Below, one piece after another: positions 48,716-59,043 of a stretch of DNA of 64,000 nucleotides; within the stretch, counting starts at the first letter, position 1; the number at the start of each line of letters is the position of its first letter. The notes under the pieces were generated by a model. That model made no database searches. It saw only the letters and a list, made by a program, of their open reading frames with translations, and was not told the origin of the DNA. The position numbers and the translations under genes are program-made. This DNA is from Candidatus Tayloriibacteriota bacterium (lineage in GTDB: Bacteria > Patescibacteriota > Minisyncoccia > Phycocordibacterales > PALSA-1337). Location of the stretch: contig JACRJP010000004.1 of the NCBI GenBank assembly GCA_016215455.1, positions 91,787 through 155,786 of the forward strand, given 5' to 3'.

Positions 48716-49693
48716 ATGACACCCGAAACCCCTTACGATCTCCCAAAAATTCTTTTTAAGAATACCCCTACCCTTTCTCAACATGAAAAAGATCATGAAT
48801 TCAATGAAAAACGACTCCTTCTCGTCCCTATCATTGAAAAATATCTCACTGAAAATGAACGATTTCGCGATAAAGAGATTAGTGTAAATTTTTCTGAAAA
48901 TGGAGTATCGTCACTTGTAGCAATACTCGAAACACCTGAAGAAAAATTAGTCCTCAAGATTCCTCTCACTCACACACCATCTGAAGGTGAAAATTATTTT
49001 CTACAAACCTGGGAACAATATGGGGTTGTTGTACCTCACGTGATCGAAGAAGGTGATCTTGAAGGTCACCCCTATACCCTCATGCAGCATATCGATGCTC
49101 CAACGTTAGCAACCTCTCACACATATAATGAACTTATCGCGGAAAAGAAATTCGTAAGTATTGGCCAAACACTACGTATGATGCATATACCCCAAACAGA
49201 AGGATATGGACGTGTGTACAATGGACAAGCTGAACATACTACATTCGAAGAATGGCTTCAAGGCACTCAGATCCAGGAAAAAATCAACTACACAAGAGAA
49301 CACAAACTACTTGCTGAACAAGAAGAGTTTCTTCCTCATGCATATACACTACTCACCAATCACACTCTAACAGAAAAACACAGCAGACTATGCCACAATG
49401 ATTTTGCTGCCTATAATATTTTCGACACAGAGCCTCTGACCGTATTCGACCCAGACCCTCGACTTAATAATAACTATATTGATCTTGGTCGTAGTATTGT
49501 GATTGCAATAGCCCATAGCGGACTATCGGAAACAGCTGAACAACTCATCGAAGGATACTTCGGTACTGACGTCCCTGATATGGAGATACTCAGAGCATCA
49601 ATTCTTCTTAACAGTTGTATAAAATTCCCTCAGTGGCATGCAACAGGAAAATTAAAAAATATCCAACGAGTACTCGATTATTTGCGTGCGTAA
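48716..49693 (+). CDS. aminoglycoside phosphotransferase/kinase-like protein
   Basis: LVLKIP, VPHV, LCHNDFAAYNI, VFDP. Confidence 0.75.
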   Translation: MTPETPYDLPKILFKNTPTLSQHEKDHEFNEKRLLLVPIIEKYLTENERFRDKEISVNFSENGVSSLVAILETPEEKLVLKIPLTHTPSEGENYFLQTWEQYGVVVPHVIEEGDLEGHPYTLMQHIDAPTLATSHTYNELIAEKKFVSIGQTLRMMHIPQTEGYGRVYNGQAEHTTFEEWLQGTQIQEKINYTREHKLLAEQEEFLPHAYTLLTNHTLTEKHSRLCHNDFAAYNIFDTEPLTVFDPDPRLNNNYIDLGRSIVIAIAHSGLSETAEQLIEGYFGTDVPDMEILRASILLNSCIKFPQWHATGKLKNIQRVLDYLRA

Positions 49694-49813
49694 GGTATTT
49701 TTATTACCTCCCCTCACCTATTCTTTACATAGCAATTTAAGAAATTGTATAAATTGCTTTTCTTGATGGTACATGTAATATCATGTCTAGACCTTTAACA
49801 CGTGAGGTGATAC

Positions 49814-50296
49814 ATGCAACCAACATTAGATTCGATTCGACACGTCTTTTTTGAGGCGATGGCAAGCGGCTGGGCACAAGATGTTCAGCTAACCACGATA
49901 TCAGGATTTCCTGGCTCAAAAGCAATCTCTTTCGCTCTTGGAGAATTTCGACTGATCGACTGCTACATGGTTACTCCGCATTCTGAAAAAAGCGCAGGTG
50001 TAACCACAATCTGGCATCTGGACCAGCCGGTCTGGATCATGCATTATGGCGGCTGGTATGCAAAGCTGGCCATCCCCTTTCTCAAGGCATGCTTGCATCG
50101 GGCATATGTCGAAGAACGCCATTTTTACGGCGGTCGCGGACCAGACTTTGTTCGTGACGAGCGATTCGTGTATGTGAATCGAATCGAACGTAACGATTTT
50201 GGAGATTTTGCGGGCGAAGAGAGAATCTTCGACCTCAGTGAGCAGTGCTTTGGTTACCACTGGTATCGAGGGATGTCACTTACCAACAGCAGGTAG
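49814..50296 (+). CDS. DUF5680-like hypothetical protein
   Basis: PVWIMHYGG, FLKACL, RGP, FAGEERI; GC-richer than host; own promoter and terminator. Confidence 0.6.
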   Translation: MQPTLDSIRHVFFEAMASGWAQDVQLTTISGFPGSKAISFALGEFRLIDCYMVTPHSEKSAGVTTIWHLDQPVWIMHYGGWYAKLAIPFLKACLHRAYVEERHFYGGRGPDFVRDERFVYVNRIERNDFGDFAGEERIFDLSEQCFGYHWYRGMSLTNSR

Positions 50297-50323
50297 TGGA
50301 ACCTAGCACCTTCAATTGACTCA

Positions 50324-50354
50324 AGCCGTCCGGCAACCCTGGACGGCTCTTTTT
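50324..50354 (+). terminator. intrinsic terminator
   Basis: AGCCGTCC...GGACGGCT followed by CTTTTT. Confidence 0.8.
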
Positions 50355-50385
50355 ATACACCAACTATCATGCTACGATTGCCACA

Positions 50386-50883
50386 ATGGAAACTAAAAAA
50401 GCTTTAGGTGTTGATATTGGTAATGTCATCATCAACAATCGTCTCAATGATCCCGAAGTCAACAAAGTAGACGAAAATGTATACGCAGCCTTCCCTCCTT
50501 CAGAGGGAGTATTCGATGCATTAAAAACTCTCAATCAATATTTTGATGGTGAAGTCTACTTACTCTCAAAATGTACTGAATGGGCACAGGAACAAATCTT
50601 GCTATGGCTTACAGCGCATGATTTCTATACCAAAACAGGAATCATGGAACATAATGTTCACTTTGTACGACAACGACATGAAAAAGACGGTGTTTGTCGA
50701 AAATTAGGCATCACTCACTTCATCGATGATCGACTTGAAGTTTTAAGTCATATGATTGAATCAACTCCCCACCTCATTCTCTTTCAACCCAACAATGAAG
50801 AGGTGAAAGAATTTGAACAATTCCTTCCAAAAGTTACGGTAGCTACTACCTGGACTGAGGTAGTTAAGAAAATTACTACATAA
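50386..50883 (+). CDS. HAD-superfamily (5'-nucleotidase-like) protein
   Basis: GVDIGNVI, LSK, K, FIDDR. Confidence 0.7.
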   Translation: METKKALGVDIGNVIINNRLNDPEVNKVDENVYAAFPPSEGVFDALKTLNQYFDGEVYLLSKCTEWAQEQILLWLTAHDFYTKTGIMEHNVHFVRQRHEKDGVCRKLGITHFIDDRLEVLSHMIESTPHLILFQPNNEEVKEFEQFLPKVTVATTWTEVVKKITT

Positions 50884-50890
50884 CACACAA

Positions 50891-51280
50891 CTATCCCTGA
50901 AACTCGATTTCAAACGGATACATTCCCATTCCGCACGAACCCTGAAGTGTACCGAGCTTGCCGTCGCCAATATCAATATCAGTTATTCCAGACTGAGGCA
51001 GGACCCTACTGATATTCATACTTGGAATTCTCACCGATGATGAACAATCAAAAGTTCCCTTTGTAACGAATCGAATAACAGTTGGGATACCAGCCTTAGC
51101 ACTACTCTTTCGAGGTTGATACCCACCTCGAGCCGTGATTTCGATAATCTGCTTCCCATCAACAATACTGACATTGTTTGCAGACACCGTCTGTCCAAGA
51201 TCATTACGACCATTCGTGAGTAAAAAAGCCCCTCCGATGAGAATCACTGCTACTACAATTGAGATGGTAATTGCTTTCAT
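50891..51280 (-). CDS. cupredoxin-domain protein
   Basis: GGYQP, DCSS, CGMGM. Confidence 0.85.
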   Translation of the reverse strand: MKAITISIVVAVILIGGAFLLTNGRNDLGQTVSANNVSIVDGKQIIEITARGGYQPRKSSAKAGIPTVIRFVTKGTFDCSSSVRIPSMNISRVLPQSGITDIDIGDGKLGTLQGSCGMGMYPFEIEFQG

Positions 51281-51294
51281 TGTTCTTAAGTATA

Positions 51295-52314
51295 CTAGAA
51301 ATTAAACAGGGGCGGTATGAGTCCAATCACGACCAAGCTATTGATAAGATTAAAGAGGGCAAACATGATCACAATCAGTCCAGCAGTCTTGAAAAAGATT
51401 CCAGCCTTTGAACTTTTTTGGATACTAAATGAACTGAAACTAATAAGTGCCAGAACTGGGAGCGTGCCGAGTGCGAACGCAAGCATTGTAAGCCCTCCCT
51501 GCACAAAAGAACCTGTGGTGAGAGTGTAGAGCTGCATTGATTGTGTAAATCCGCATGGTAAGAAAAATGTAGCAATACCAACAAGGAGTGGTGTGAGTGT
51601 GTGATTAAATTTCGACACACCATGAGCATGCTTCGCAATAAACTTCGGCATTGATGGCTGTAACTTTTTTGCCCAATGGAATGTATCAAGAAGATTAATA
51701 CCGAGAATGAGCATAACAATACCGATAATGAAGCTTAGGATAAAAGTAGCCGATGTATTAAGTGTGAATGCTGATCCAATAGCACCTATCACTCCTCCGA
51801 GAATAAAGAATGCGACTATTCTACCACCATGGAACATAAGCTGGGGTCGTACTTTATCACCTTCTTTTGCAAAAGTTGCCGACATTGAAAGCACAAGTCC
51901 ACCAACCACCGCCATACATGTTGAAAGCGAAGCAATAATCCCTACTACAAACGCTGTCCCATACGTAACATTACCCGCACTCACAAGATTCACTATTCCC
52001 ATCTTTTGAAGTGCTACAAAGAGAACCACGAAACCTAACGCTATAGGGACCGCTATGTTAAAATCACTCCATTTTGTAGTATGTTGTTGTGTTGCAACTG
52101 ACACAGTATACCCATGAACCTTCAGTGGTAGAGAAAGTTCGTCTGCAATCTGTTCTGGTGTTGTATCACCAAAATCTCCAGTAACTTCTACTGAATGATT
52201 CTTTAAACTCGACTTTACATGAGTAATATTTGAGAGTTCACCTAATTCACTTTCGATCATAAGTACACAAGCATTGCAGTGCATACCATGTACATGAAAA
52301 ATATGTTTTTGCAT
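51295..52314 (-). CDS. HMA domain plus DsbD_2/sulfite-exporter-like membrane protein
   Basis: GMHCNAC; STCMAVVGG, LPCGFTQ, FALGTLP. Confidence 0.85.
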   Translation of the reverse strand: MQKHIFHVHGMHCNACVLMIESELGELSNITHVKSSLKNHSVEVTGDFGDTTPEQIADELSLPLKVHGYTVSVATQQHTTKWSDFNIAVPIALGFVVLFVALQKMGIVNLVSAGNVTYGTAFVVGIIASLSTCMAVVGGLVLSMSATFAKEGDKVRPQLMFHGGRIVAFFILGGVIGAIGSAFTLNTSATFILSFIIGIVMLILGINLLDTFHWAKKLQPSMPKFIAKHAHGVSKFNHTLTPLLVGIATFFLPCGFTQSMQLYTLTTGSFVQGGLTMLAFALGTLPVLALISFSSFSIQKSSKAGIFFKTAGLIVIMFALFNLINSLVVIGLIPPLFNF

Positions 52315-52319
52315 ATCAA

Positions 52320-54569
52320 TTATAATTTTTTAGCTTTAATACGAAGTGAATTTGATACGACCGATACCGACGACATCGCCATAGCAAATCCTGCAAATAT
52401 AGGGTTTAATAGCCATCCGAAAAACGGATACAAAGCTCCAGCAGCGAGTGGTATACCAACTATGTTGTAGATAAATGCCCAAAAAAGATTCTGTTTGATT
52501 CCTCGCATAGTAATCTTTGAAAGCTTAATTGCCTTAACAAGCTTTGAAATATCGCCACCAAGAAGTGTGATACCTGCGGATTCAATCGCCACATCAGTTC
52601 CAGTCCCCATAGCGATCCCGACATCAGCTTGAGCAAGTGCAGGAGCATCATTTACTCCGTCACCGGCCATAGCGACCACTCGACCTTGTGATTGAAGATC
52701 CTGAATTTTCTTCAGCTTATCTTGTGGAAGAACGTGAGCAACAACATCATCGATACCGACGAGGGATGCAATGTATTTTGCAACTTTCTCATCGTCGCCA
52801 GTAAGCATGACCACTTTAATGCCAAGTGCGTGGAGATTCTTAATCGCCTCGATGGATTCAGCCTTTACCTCATCAGCAACCATCACAAAACCAAGAACCT
52901 TTTCTTTATTAGCAAGAATGACCGGCGTTTTTCCTTGAGAAGTAAACTCATCAAGCTTTGTGGTATCGAAAGAAAGTCCAAGATCACGTATGAGCTTTAC
53001 ATTACCAACAAAGTATTCCGTACCACCAATCATTCCCTTGAGACCCTTACCTTGTATACCTTCGAAATTTGAAACATCTGATGTGAAAATATTTTTCTCT
53101 TGTGCATACTTCACAATTGCATGTGCGATGGGATGCTCTGATTTCTTTTCAAGTGAAGCGAGTATTGAGACAAGCTCTTCATCTTTTAAATCAGAGAGAT
53201 TCTGTATATCAACAAGAGTTGGTTTGCCTTTAGTGATCGTTCCTGTCTTATCCACCACCACAGTGTTCACCTTATGAAGCTTTTCAAGTGTAGCTGCATC
53301 TTTAATAAGAATACCTTCTTTGGCTCCTTTGCCGACCCCCACAATGATAGCCGTTGGTGTTGCAAGACCAAGAGCACACGGACAGGCGATGACAAGAATT
53401 CCCACAAATGATACAAGACCAAAAGAAAGCGCTTGAGGAAAGCCCAAGTACTGAGAGCCAATCATAAGCCAAGCTCCGAGAGTGAGGAAAGCAATTACCA
53501 AAACTATAGGTACAAAGATTGATGATATTTTATCCGCCAATGCTTGAATAGGTGCTTTACTACCCTGAGCATCCTCAACCATCTGTATAATCTGTGCAAG
53601 AAGTGTTTCAGATCCAACTTTTGTTGCCGTAAATGTAAATGAACCACTTGTATTAAGCGTTCCAGATACAACACCGTCTCCAATCTTTTTCTGTGCAGGC
53701 ATTGGTTCTCCTGTAACCATTGATTCATCAATAAATGAAGTTCCTTCAGTAATTACGCCATCAACAGGAATCTTTGCACCTGGTTTTACAATAATGAGAT
53801 CCCCGTGCTTCACTTCATTAACTGAAATCTCTATTTCCTTTCCTTCTCGAATAACCAAAGCAGTCTTTGCTTGAAGATTAAGAAGTTTTTCAATAGCATC
53901 ACCAGTTTTTTTCTTTGATCTAATTTCTAAATATTTTCCAAGAGTAATAAAACCAATTACAACTATGGTTACATCAAAATAGGTGTATTCGGGCACCTTA
54001 AGTAAAATACCCAGAAACGGAATGAGGGTAAGGGCGATACTGTATACGTATGCGGCGAGAGTACCAAGACCGATAAGAGTATCCATGTTTGCGACCCCAT
54101 GTCGGATAAATCTTGTTACTCCAAGTAAATATGGTTTGCCAACCCAGAATAAGGCGACTGTCGCAAGTATCATGCCAATCGTATTAAATAGCGACATCGG
54201 TATGGGAAGATTCGGTACTCCTACAAATATTTTTGAAGCAATATCCCACATCATGAGAGCAAATACCGCAAACGTAACAGGCAACATAAACTCTGTCTTA
54301 TGTTTGAGTTCCTCTAGAGTGTTCTCCTGTGTATTTACATGATCATGTTCAGACTTTTCAGTTGTCGATAGTGAATACCCTAGTTTACCTATTGCATCAT
54401 TCATAGCATTAATCGAAACGTGTTCGTGATCGTATTCTACTTTTGCTTTTTCAGTTCCATAGTTAACTGCAACGGATTTTATGTGAGGAAGAGCAGACAG
54501 CTGTTTTGTAATCACAGATGCACAACTCGCACAATGCATTCCCTCTATTTTAAAAGTTTGAGTAGTCAT
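52320..54569 (-). CDS. copA: Cu(I)-translocating P1B-type ATPase
   Basis: GMHCASC, TGE, CPCALGLATP, DKTGT, SEHP, GDGVND, YN. Confidence 0.93.
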   Translation of the reverse strand: MTTQTFKIEGMHCASCASVITKQLSALPHIKSVAVNYGTEKAKVEYDHEHVSINAMNDAIGKLGYSLSTTEKSEHDHVNTQENTLEELKHKTEFMLPVTFAVFALMMWDIASKIFVGVPNLPIPMSLFNTIGMILATVALFWVGKPYLLGVTRFIRHGVANMDTLIGLGTLAAYVYSIALTLIPFLGILLKVPEYTYFDVTIVVIGFITLGKYLEIRSKKKTGDAIEKLLNLQAKTALVIREGKEIEISVNEVKHGDLIIVKPGAKIPVDGVITEGTSFIDESMVTGEPMPAQKKIGDGVVSGTLNTSGSFTFTATKVGSETLLAQIIQMVEDAQGSKAPIQALADKISSIFVPIVLVIAFLTLGAWLMIGSQYLGFPQALSFGLVSFVGILVIACPCALGLATPTAIIVGVGKGAKEGILIKDAATLEKLHKVNTVVVDKTGTITKGKPTLVDIQNLSDLKDEELVSILASLEKKSEHPIAHAIVKYAQEKNIFTSDVSNFEGIQGKGLKGMIGGTEYFVGNVKLIRDLGLSFDTTKLDEFTSQGKTPVILANKEKVLGFVMVADEVKAESIEAIKNLHALGIKVVMLTGDDEKVAKYIASLVGIDDVVAHVLPQDKLKKIQDLQSQGRVVAMAGDGVNDAPALAQADVGIAMGTGTDVAIESAGITLLGGDISKLVKAIKLSKITMRGIKQNLFWAFIYNIVGIPLAAGALYPFFGWLLNPIFAGFAMAMSSVSVVSNSLRIKAKKL

Positions 54570-54574
54570 ATTTC

Positions 54575-55135
54575 TTATATGTTATACCAACTACTTCTAA
54601 TACCTTTTAAAGTCGTTATACCATTTGTCAAAAATGCTTCGACCGCATCTGCATTATTGAGGATTTCAGCACGACTTGATTTTTCTCTCGTCTCTTTTGT
54701 CATTACAATTCCATCTTCATGATGAGCGATAATGGCATTCAAAAATCTTAAATCAAATTTCTCATCTGCAGGACCGAGGTTTGCTACAATAGGATCACGA
54801 ACAGTTTTTGTGTCGCTATACCATTCTTTCTTCCATTCATATAGCTCAACGATAGCTTTTGGCTCATCTGCAAGAATATTTTGTGCAAGAGTCTTCATTT
54901 CAGGACGTGAAGTGTTTTTTGAAAGTTGTTCGGCAAGAAGCATTGCACCTCTGTGGTGTGCAATCATGGCATTTATATATCGAAGATCAAAAGTCCTATC
55001 TGCCTGTCCGAGACTCATATTGTTCTTTTCATACATTGATAGTCTATATTCGGGTGTGATGTAGTATCCAAAAGCGATACCCAGAACAGTACCAGTAACT
55101 ACTAAACCTAATGCTAAGTATATTGATATTTTCAT
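54575..55135 (-). CDS. DUF305 (CopM-like) protein
   Basis: Two repeats of FD..(Y/F)..A(M/I)IAHH.. Confidence 0.85.
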   Translation of the reverse strand: MKISIYLALGLVVTGTVLGIAFGYYITPEYRLSMYEKNNMSLGQADRTFDLRYINAMIAHHRGAMLLAEQLSKNTSRPEMKTLAQNILADEPKAIVELYEWKKEWYSDTKTVRDPIVANLGPADEKFDLRFLNAIIAHHEDGIVMTKETREKSSRAEILNNADAVEAFLTNGITTLKGIRSSWYNI

Positions 55136-55141
55136 ATTATT

Positions 55142-55408
55142 TTATTTTCTTTTTAATTTATAGACCTTAAGAACTTCGCTTTTTGCTTTGTCGACTTGAC
55201 CTGAAGACATCTGATGATGAACACAGTGACCTAGGTGATTCTCCATCAACACGTCCTCAACAGAAGAAAGACTTTGTTTGACTGCTGATGTTTGAGTAAT
55301 AATGTCGATACAGTACTTCTCATCTTCAACCATTTTTTGAAGTCCTCTAATCTGTCCCTCAACAATTTTTAATCGACGAATAGCTTTTGATTTGATATCT
55401 TGTCTCAT
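55142..55408 (-). CDS. csoR: copper-sensing repressor CsoR family
   Basis: RRLKIVEGQIRGLQKM..YC..Q..AV, HLGHC; probable start 55408. Confidence 0.9.
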   Translation of the reverse strand: MRQDIKSKAIRRLKIVEGQIRGLQKMVEDEKYCIDIITQTSAVKQSLSSVEDVLMENHLGHCVHHQMSSGQVDKAKSEVLKVYKLKRK

Positions 55409-55414
55409 ACCCAC

Positions 55415-55443
55415 ATGATACCCCTAGGGGGTATTAGAGTCAA
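55415..55443 (-). promoter_or_regulatory. copper-operon promoter containing a CsoR operator
   Basis: Minus strand TTGACT-17-TATCAT; ATACCCCTAGGGGGTAT (55418-55434) C/G-tract inverted repeat in the spacer. Confidence 0.8.
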
Positions 55444-55897
55444 GTCTAGATTTCGTAGTAATAGTCTTTTCAAAATAAGTTGCAACAATAGAAGTCGCAC
55501 CGAAGAAAAAGATGATTAAAAGACCCATAAAAACACCTCCAGCGATGTCATCCTTACCCCGTTGAAATATAAAGAGATATATTTCTCCTACAACAGCAAA
55601 GCCAACGAGAGATGTTGCACAGTATCGTATGATCCGAGTAGCTTTCATACCTGCTACTGAAAACAGTGTGTTGTGTCGAATATATCCAAGTAATAGAAAC
55701 TTTTGATACAACATCATAAAGAATGGAATAGACGCTATGTATGCACATAGTAAAAAAGGATCATTAAAATACACTTCAAAGAATGTGGCGTGTACATTCC
55801 TTCCTTCAAGATGAGGTTCATAGAGCATGAATATAAAGGCACTAATACCAATACCTATCAAAGCTACTTGGGACAATAATACGAGAATTCTCTTCAT
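55424..55897 (-). CDS. DUF2975-like membrane protein
   Basis: 4 TM segments, EPHLEGRN, N.LFS pattern. Confidence 0.65.
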   Translation of the reverse strand: MKRILVLLSQVALIGIGISAFIFMLYEPHLEGRNVHATFFEVYFNDPFLLCAYIASIPFFMMLYQKFLLLGYIRHNTLFSVAGMKATRIIRYCATSLVGFAVVGEIYLFIFQRGKDDIAGGVFMGLLIIFFFGATSIVATYFEKTITTKSRLDSNTP

Positions 55898-55979
55898 AAT
55901 TTCATAATATCATAATTTGACAAAATATTATGTTTATCGTAATTTGTTTTTAGAACACTTCACAGAACCACATATTCCC

Positions 55980-56339
55980 ATGTACGAAGGACACACCACA
56001 CCAGAGAACGTCGCTCTAGCAGAACGTTTAATGGATGACTATCATTCAATGGAACTCCCGGCGGAGCCGATTCCTTGGAAAGAAGCGAGTGAATTTCAAC
56101 ATCGTTGTCATCTATGTAGCCATTTCGCTTCTAGCACGGACCGAAGACCAGCACACCCAGAGAACGGGAACATCTTTAATCTCACTCATCTCTGCCTTAG
56201 ATGCGGTCGCCGATGGTGGCAATACAATAGCGTCTATCACCTCTGGCAACACGTGACAGACCCCGTTGAGTGGGATACTCTTCGCAGGCAGCAAATCATG
56301 CTCAATGGAGGTTTTGGTCTTCCCGGAGCAGATCAGTAG
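55980..56339 (+). CDS. orphan protein with CxxC...CxxC zinc-ribbon motif
   Basis: CHLC and CLRC; promoter TTGACA-17-TAATTT at 55917. Confidence 0.55.
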   Translation: MYEGHTTPENVALAERLMDDYHSMELPAEPIPWKEASEFQHRCHLCSHFASSTDRRPAHPENGNIFNLTHLCLRCGRRWWQYNSVYHLWQHVTDPVEWDTLRRQQIMLNGGFGLPGADQ

Positions 56340-56495
56340 CTCATTCTGCAACTTGATTTTTTATTATCGACACAAGTTGCCATACTTCTCCCATAAATAC
56401 CACTGATACAAATTACAAATTGGTTTGCATGAATAGTGGGTGTTGTAAATAAAAAGTCTCGAGACAGTGCCCGAGAACACTAGCGAGGAAGTAGC

Positions 56496-57320
56496 TCACT
56501 CCGGCGCAGGAGAACCTCCGTTCTTCTTGCCGATGTCAGACCGTGCCGCCGCAGAAACAATCGCAGCCCGTTCTTTGTTGGTAATCACACCTCCAGAGTT
56601 GAGATAGTTTGCGAGATCCGTCACGCATGACACGTAATCGCCATGATTGGCAACACCGACCGCACACTGGTCGATGAGGTCTTGCACTGTTGCGCCGCCG
56701 GAACCGACGACCACTTGAATCGTCACGCTCGCGAGTCGCACACCACCAGAACCGGCGCCCTTCTCTACCGCATACAGCGTGTAGTCATAGGTAGCGTTCT
56801 GCGTGGGATTAAGCCCGTAGACCGCGAACCCGATGTTCTGCGACTGTTGGACGATGTTGTAGGTATTCGCCAGCACCGTCTGATCTCCGGCTTCGATGCC
56901 GCCACCATTAGGCGTCGCGTCGTTGCCGAAGGAGTTGTCGGTCCAGGTCGTGAGAACGTTGAGTGCGTTGTAATTGACACCCACCGAGGGATCGAGATCG
57001 ACCAGAAGATAGTAGTCGAGCTGGCCGACCGGTCCGTTTCCGGTCCGGATCGAAAACTCGAAATTCCAAGCAGCACGAGTTATGCTCGAAGGAGCAAAGC
57101 CGACTGGCATGTAATACGTATCGTCAACGTGGGTGGTGTCCCCTGTCGTGCGATTCTTAGCGCGCAAAGCGACGGTGACGTCGTTCTGAGTTTCGGCGTT
57201 CCAACCGACATCAGGGTTCCCACCACCGAAAATTGCCGTGATCACGGCATTGAAGTCGATGGCAAAGGCCGCTGAGGTGGAGACGAGTGCTGCAATGAGC
57301 ACTGAGGTGAGACGCTTCAT
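56496..57320 (-). CDS. secreted, GC-rich extracellular protein
   Basis: Signal peptide (SAAFA); IFGGGN, LRAK.R, WNFEFSI, QQSQN as in PEP-CTERM-associated proteins; C-terminal NHGDYVSCV...AARS domain. Confidence 0.7.
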   Translation of the reverse strand: MKRLTSVLIAALVSTSAAFAIDFNAVITAIFGGGNPDVGWNAETQNDVTVALRAKNRTTGDTTHVDDTYYMPVGFAPSSITRAAWNFEFSIRTGNGPVGQLDYYLLVDLDPSVGVNYNALNVLTTWTDNSFGNDATPNGGGIEAGDQTVLANTYNIVQQSQNIGFAVYGLNPTQNATYDYTLYAVEKGAGSGGVRLASVTIQVVVGSGGATVQDLIDQCAVGVANHGDYVSCVTDLANYLNSGGVITNKERAAIVSAAARSDIGKKNGGSPAPE

Positions 57321-57501
57321 AGACGTTTATAGACTGTGTGTTTCTGTATGCCGTACTACTCACTCTACTTGTTGCAATGAGCAAACGGTCCAAAACAAAA
57401 TTATCACACAAAATACAATCTGTCGAGATTTACCTATGAAATACTTAGATTCAGGGTTATGATATGCTCAATGTATGAGAACAATAAAGTAATATATCGC
57501 T

Positions 57502-58524
57502 ATGATGTCATTCTTTATCCAAGCACCAAAATCTTTACGTATTATATTTTCGATACTCTTCCTATGTCTCCTATTTTCTGCTGGATGGTTGACTGGCACA
57601 TGGTACGACAATTATGTTGTCCATACACTAACACAAGACACTCCTGTACGTGAAAATTCTCCTGACTTTAAATATATCAACCCTCTTCTATTTGTCGATA
57701 ACTCTCGAGAAGATTTTCCTGAGTACAGTTCTCTTGAAGAAGAGATAGAAAACTACACAAAAAAAGCTATAGCCGTAGGTGATGCCAAAAAAATATCAGT
57801 ATATTTTCGTGATCTCAACTCATCACACTGGGGCGGAGTGAACAAAGATGAACTCTACGCACCATCAAGCATGCTCAAGGTCGCAGTACTCCTCAGTTAT
57901 CTTAAATTATCAGAAAAAAATCCAGACACTCTTTCAAAAAACATACTGTATCAACGTAAAGATACCTATGGTGAATACTACACACCAAAATATCTTACCA
58001 ATGGCAACCATTCAACACTTGAGCTATTACAAAATATGATTATTGAGTCAGATAATTCTGCCATGTCAGCACTTGTTGCTCTACACCAAGATGAAATCAT
58101 TAAACTCTACCAAGATCTACAACTCCCTGATTTACTCGAAAGCGCTGATGATTTTATGTCAGTAGAAGATTATTCATATATATTCCGAGCTCTTTATAAT
58201 TCAACATATCTAAAACGAAATTTTTCTGAACAAGCTCTCAAACTTCTTACATATACAAAATTTGATAAAGGGATAGTTGCCGGTGTCAGTGCATCAACAA
58301 CAATTGCCCATAAATTTGGAGAGCATACCCTTACCGATACAACAGGAAAAATTATTGAACGCCAACTACACGATTGTGGCATCATATATTACCCACAAAA
58401 ACCTTACCTTCTCTGCGTCATGACAAAAGGTGAAGATTTTAAGAATCTTGAGACTGTTATTGCAAAAATATCAGAAATGGTATTTACCTTTACAAAAAAC
58501 ATCAATATTCGGGATACTCTTTAA
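57502..58524 (+). CDS. class A beta-lactamase-like serine hydrolase, membrane anchored
   Basis: SSMLK (SxxK), SDN, HKFG, HDCGII. Confidence 0.85.
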   Translation: MMSFFIQAPKSLRIIFSILFLCLLFSAGWLTGTWYDNYVVHTLTQDTPVRENSPDFKYINPLLFVDNSREDFPEYSSLEEEIENYTKKAIAVGDAKKISVYFRDLNSSHWGGVNKDELYAPSSMLKVAVLLSYLKLSEKNPDTLSKNILYQRKDTYGEYYTPKYLTNGNHSTLELLQNMIIESDNSAMSALVALHQDEIIKLYQDLQLPDLLESADDFMSVEDYSYIFRALYNSTYLKRNFSEQALKLLTYTKFDKGIVAGVSASTTIAHKFGEHTLTDTTGKIIERQLHDCGIIYYPQKPYLLCVMTKGEDFKNLETVIAKISEMVFTFTKNINIRDTL

Positions 58525-58601
58525 AAACCAATTATTCAACCAGGTAATTTTGATAGCTAATGAGAACATGTCATAATGACAGTACGTAATACAATAATCA
58601 T

Positions 58602-59021
58602 ATGAAAAAAATACTCACCATATCATCATTCTTTGCAATTATTGCTGGAATCATACTTGTCATCGGGGGTGTCTGGGGCATCTTTTTTACTTACAAAAAT
58701 ATTACACAAGAAAAAATAGTAACTCCAGCAGACGCAACTATTTCACAACAACCAGTACGTGGACCTTTTACACTGAAAGCACAAGCTGACATTATTCGAA
58801 AACACGTACTTGCAACAACTGGAGGAAAAACATATGCCGAAATGTCACGTGAGGATGCAAATCGCAATCTTTGGATCACCGCAACAACTCTTACAACCGC
58901 ACTCAATCTAGGTATCTTAACCTATGTATTCTCTGGTCTCATTCTCCTATTTGGTTGTGTATCAATCTGGACTGGTGTCATTTTTTACGCATTACGATCT
59001 CGAAAAAACAATTTTGCATAA
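58602..59021 (+). CDS. conserved hypothetical membrane protein
   Basis: Two TM; GPFT..AQADII..H...TGGKTYAE. Confidence 0.7.
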   Translation: MKKILTISSFFAIIAGIILVIGGVWGIFFTYKNITQEKIVTPADATISQQPVRGPFTLKAQADIIRKHVLATTGGKTYAEMSREDANRNLWITATTLTTALNLGILTYVFSGLILLFGCVSIWTGVIFYALRSRKNNFA

Positions 59022-59043
59022 GATAGAAGTCACGAAAATCCTC

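Noticed and set aside
39844-50900. Prophage or autonomous integrative element at tRNA-Asn
   Set aside because: No integrase, phage structural or replication genes, and no duplicated tRNA 3' end found
56643-57275. 210-aa plus-strand ORF and other long antisense ORFs (6069-6476, 14186-14677, 21848-22279, 33375-33806)
   Set aside because: Shadow frames opposite well-supported genes; expected from codon bias or high GC
57502-58524. Bona fide antibiotic-resistance beta-lactamase
   Set aside because: Membrane-anchored, KFG instead of KTG, no clear omega-loop Glu; more likely a cell-wall-related serine hydrolase
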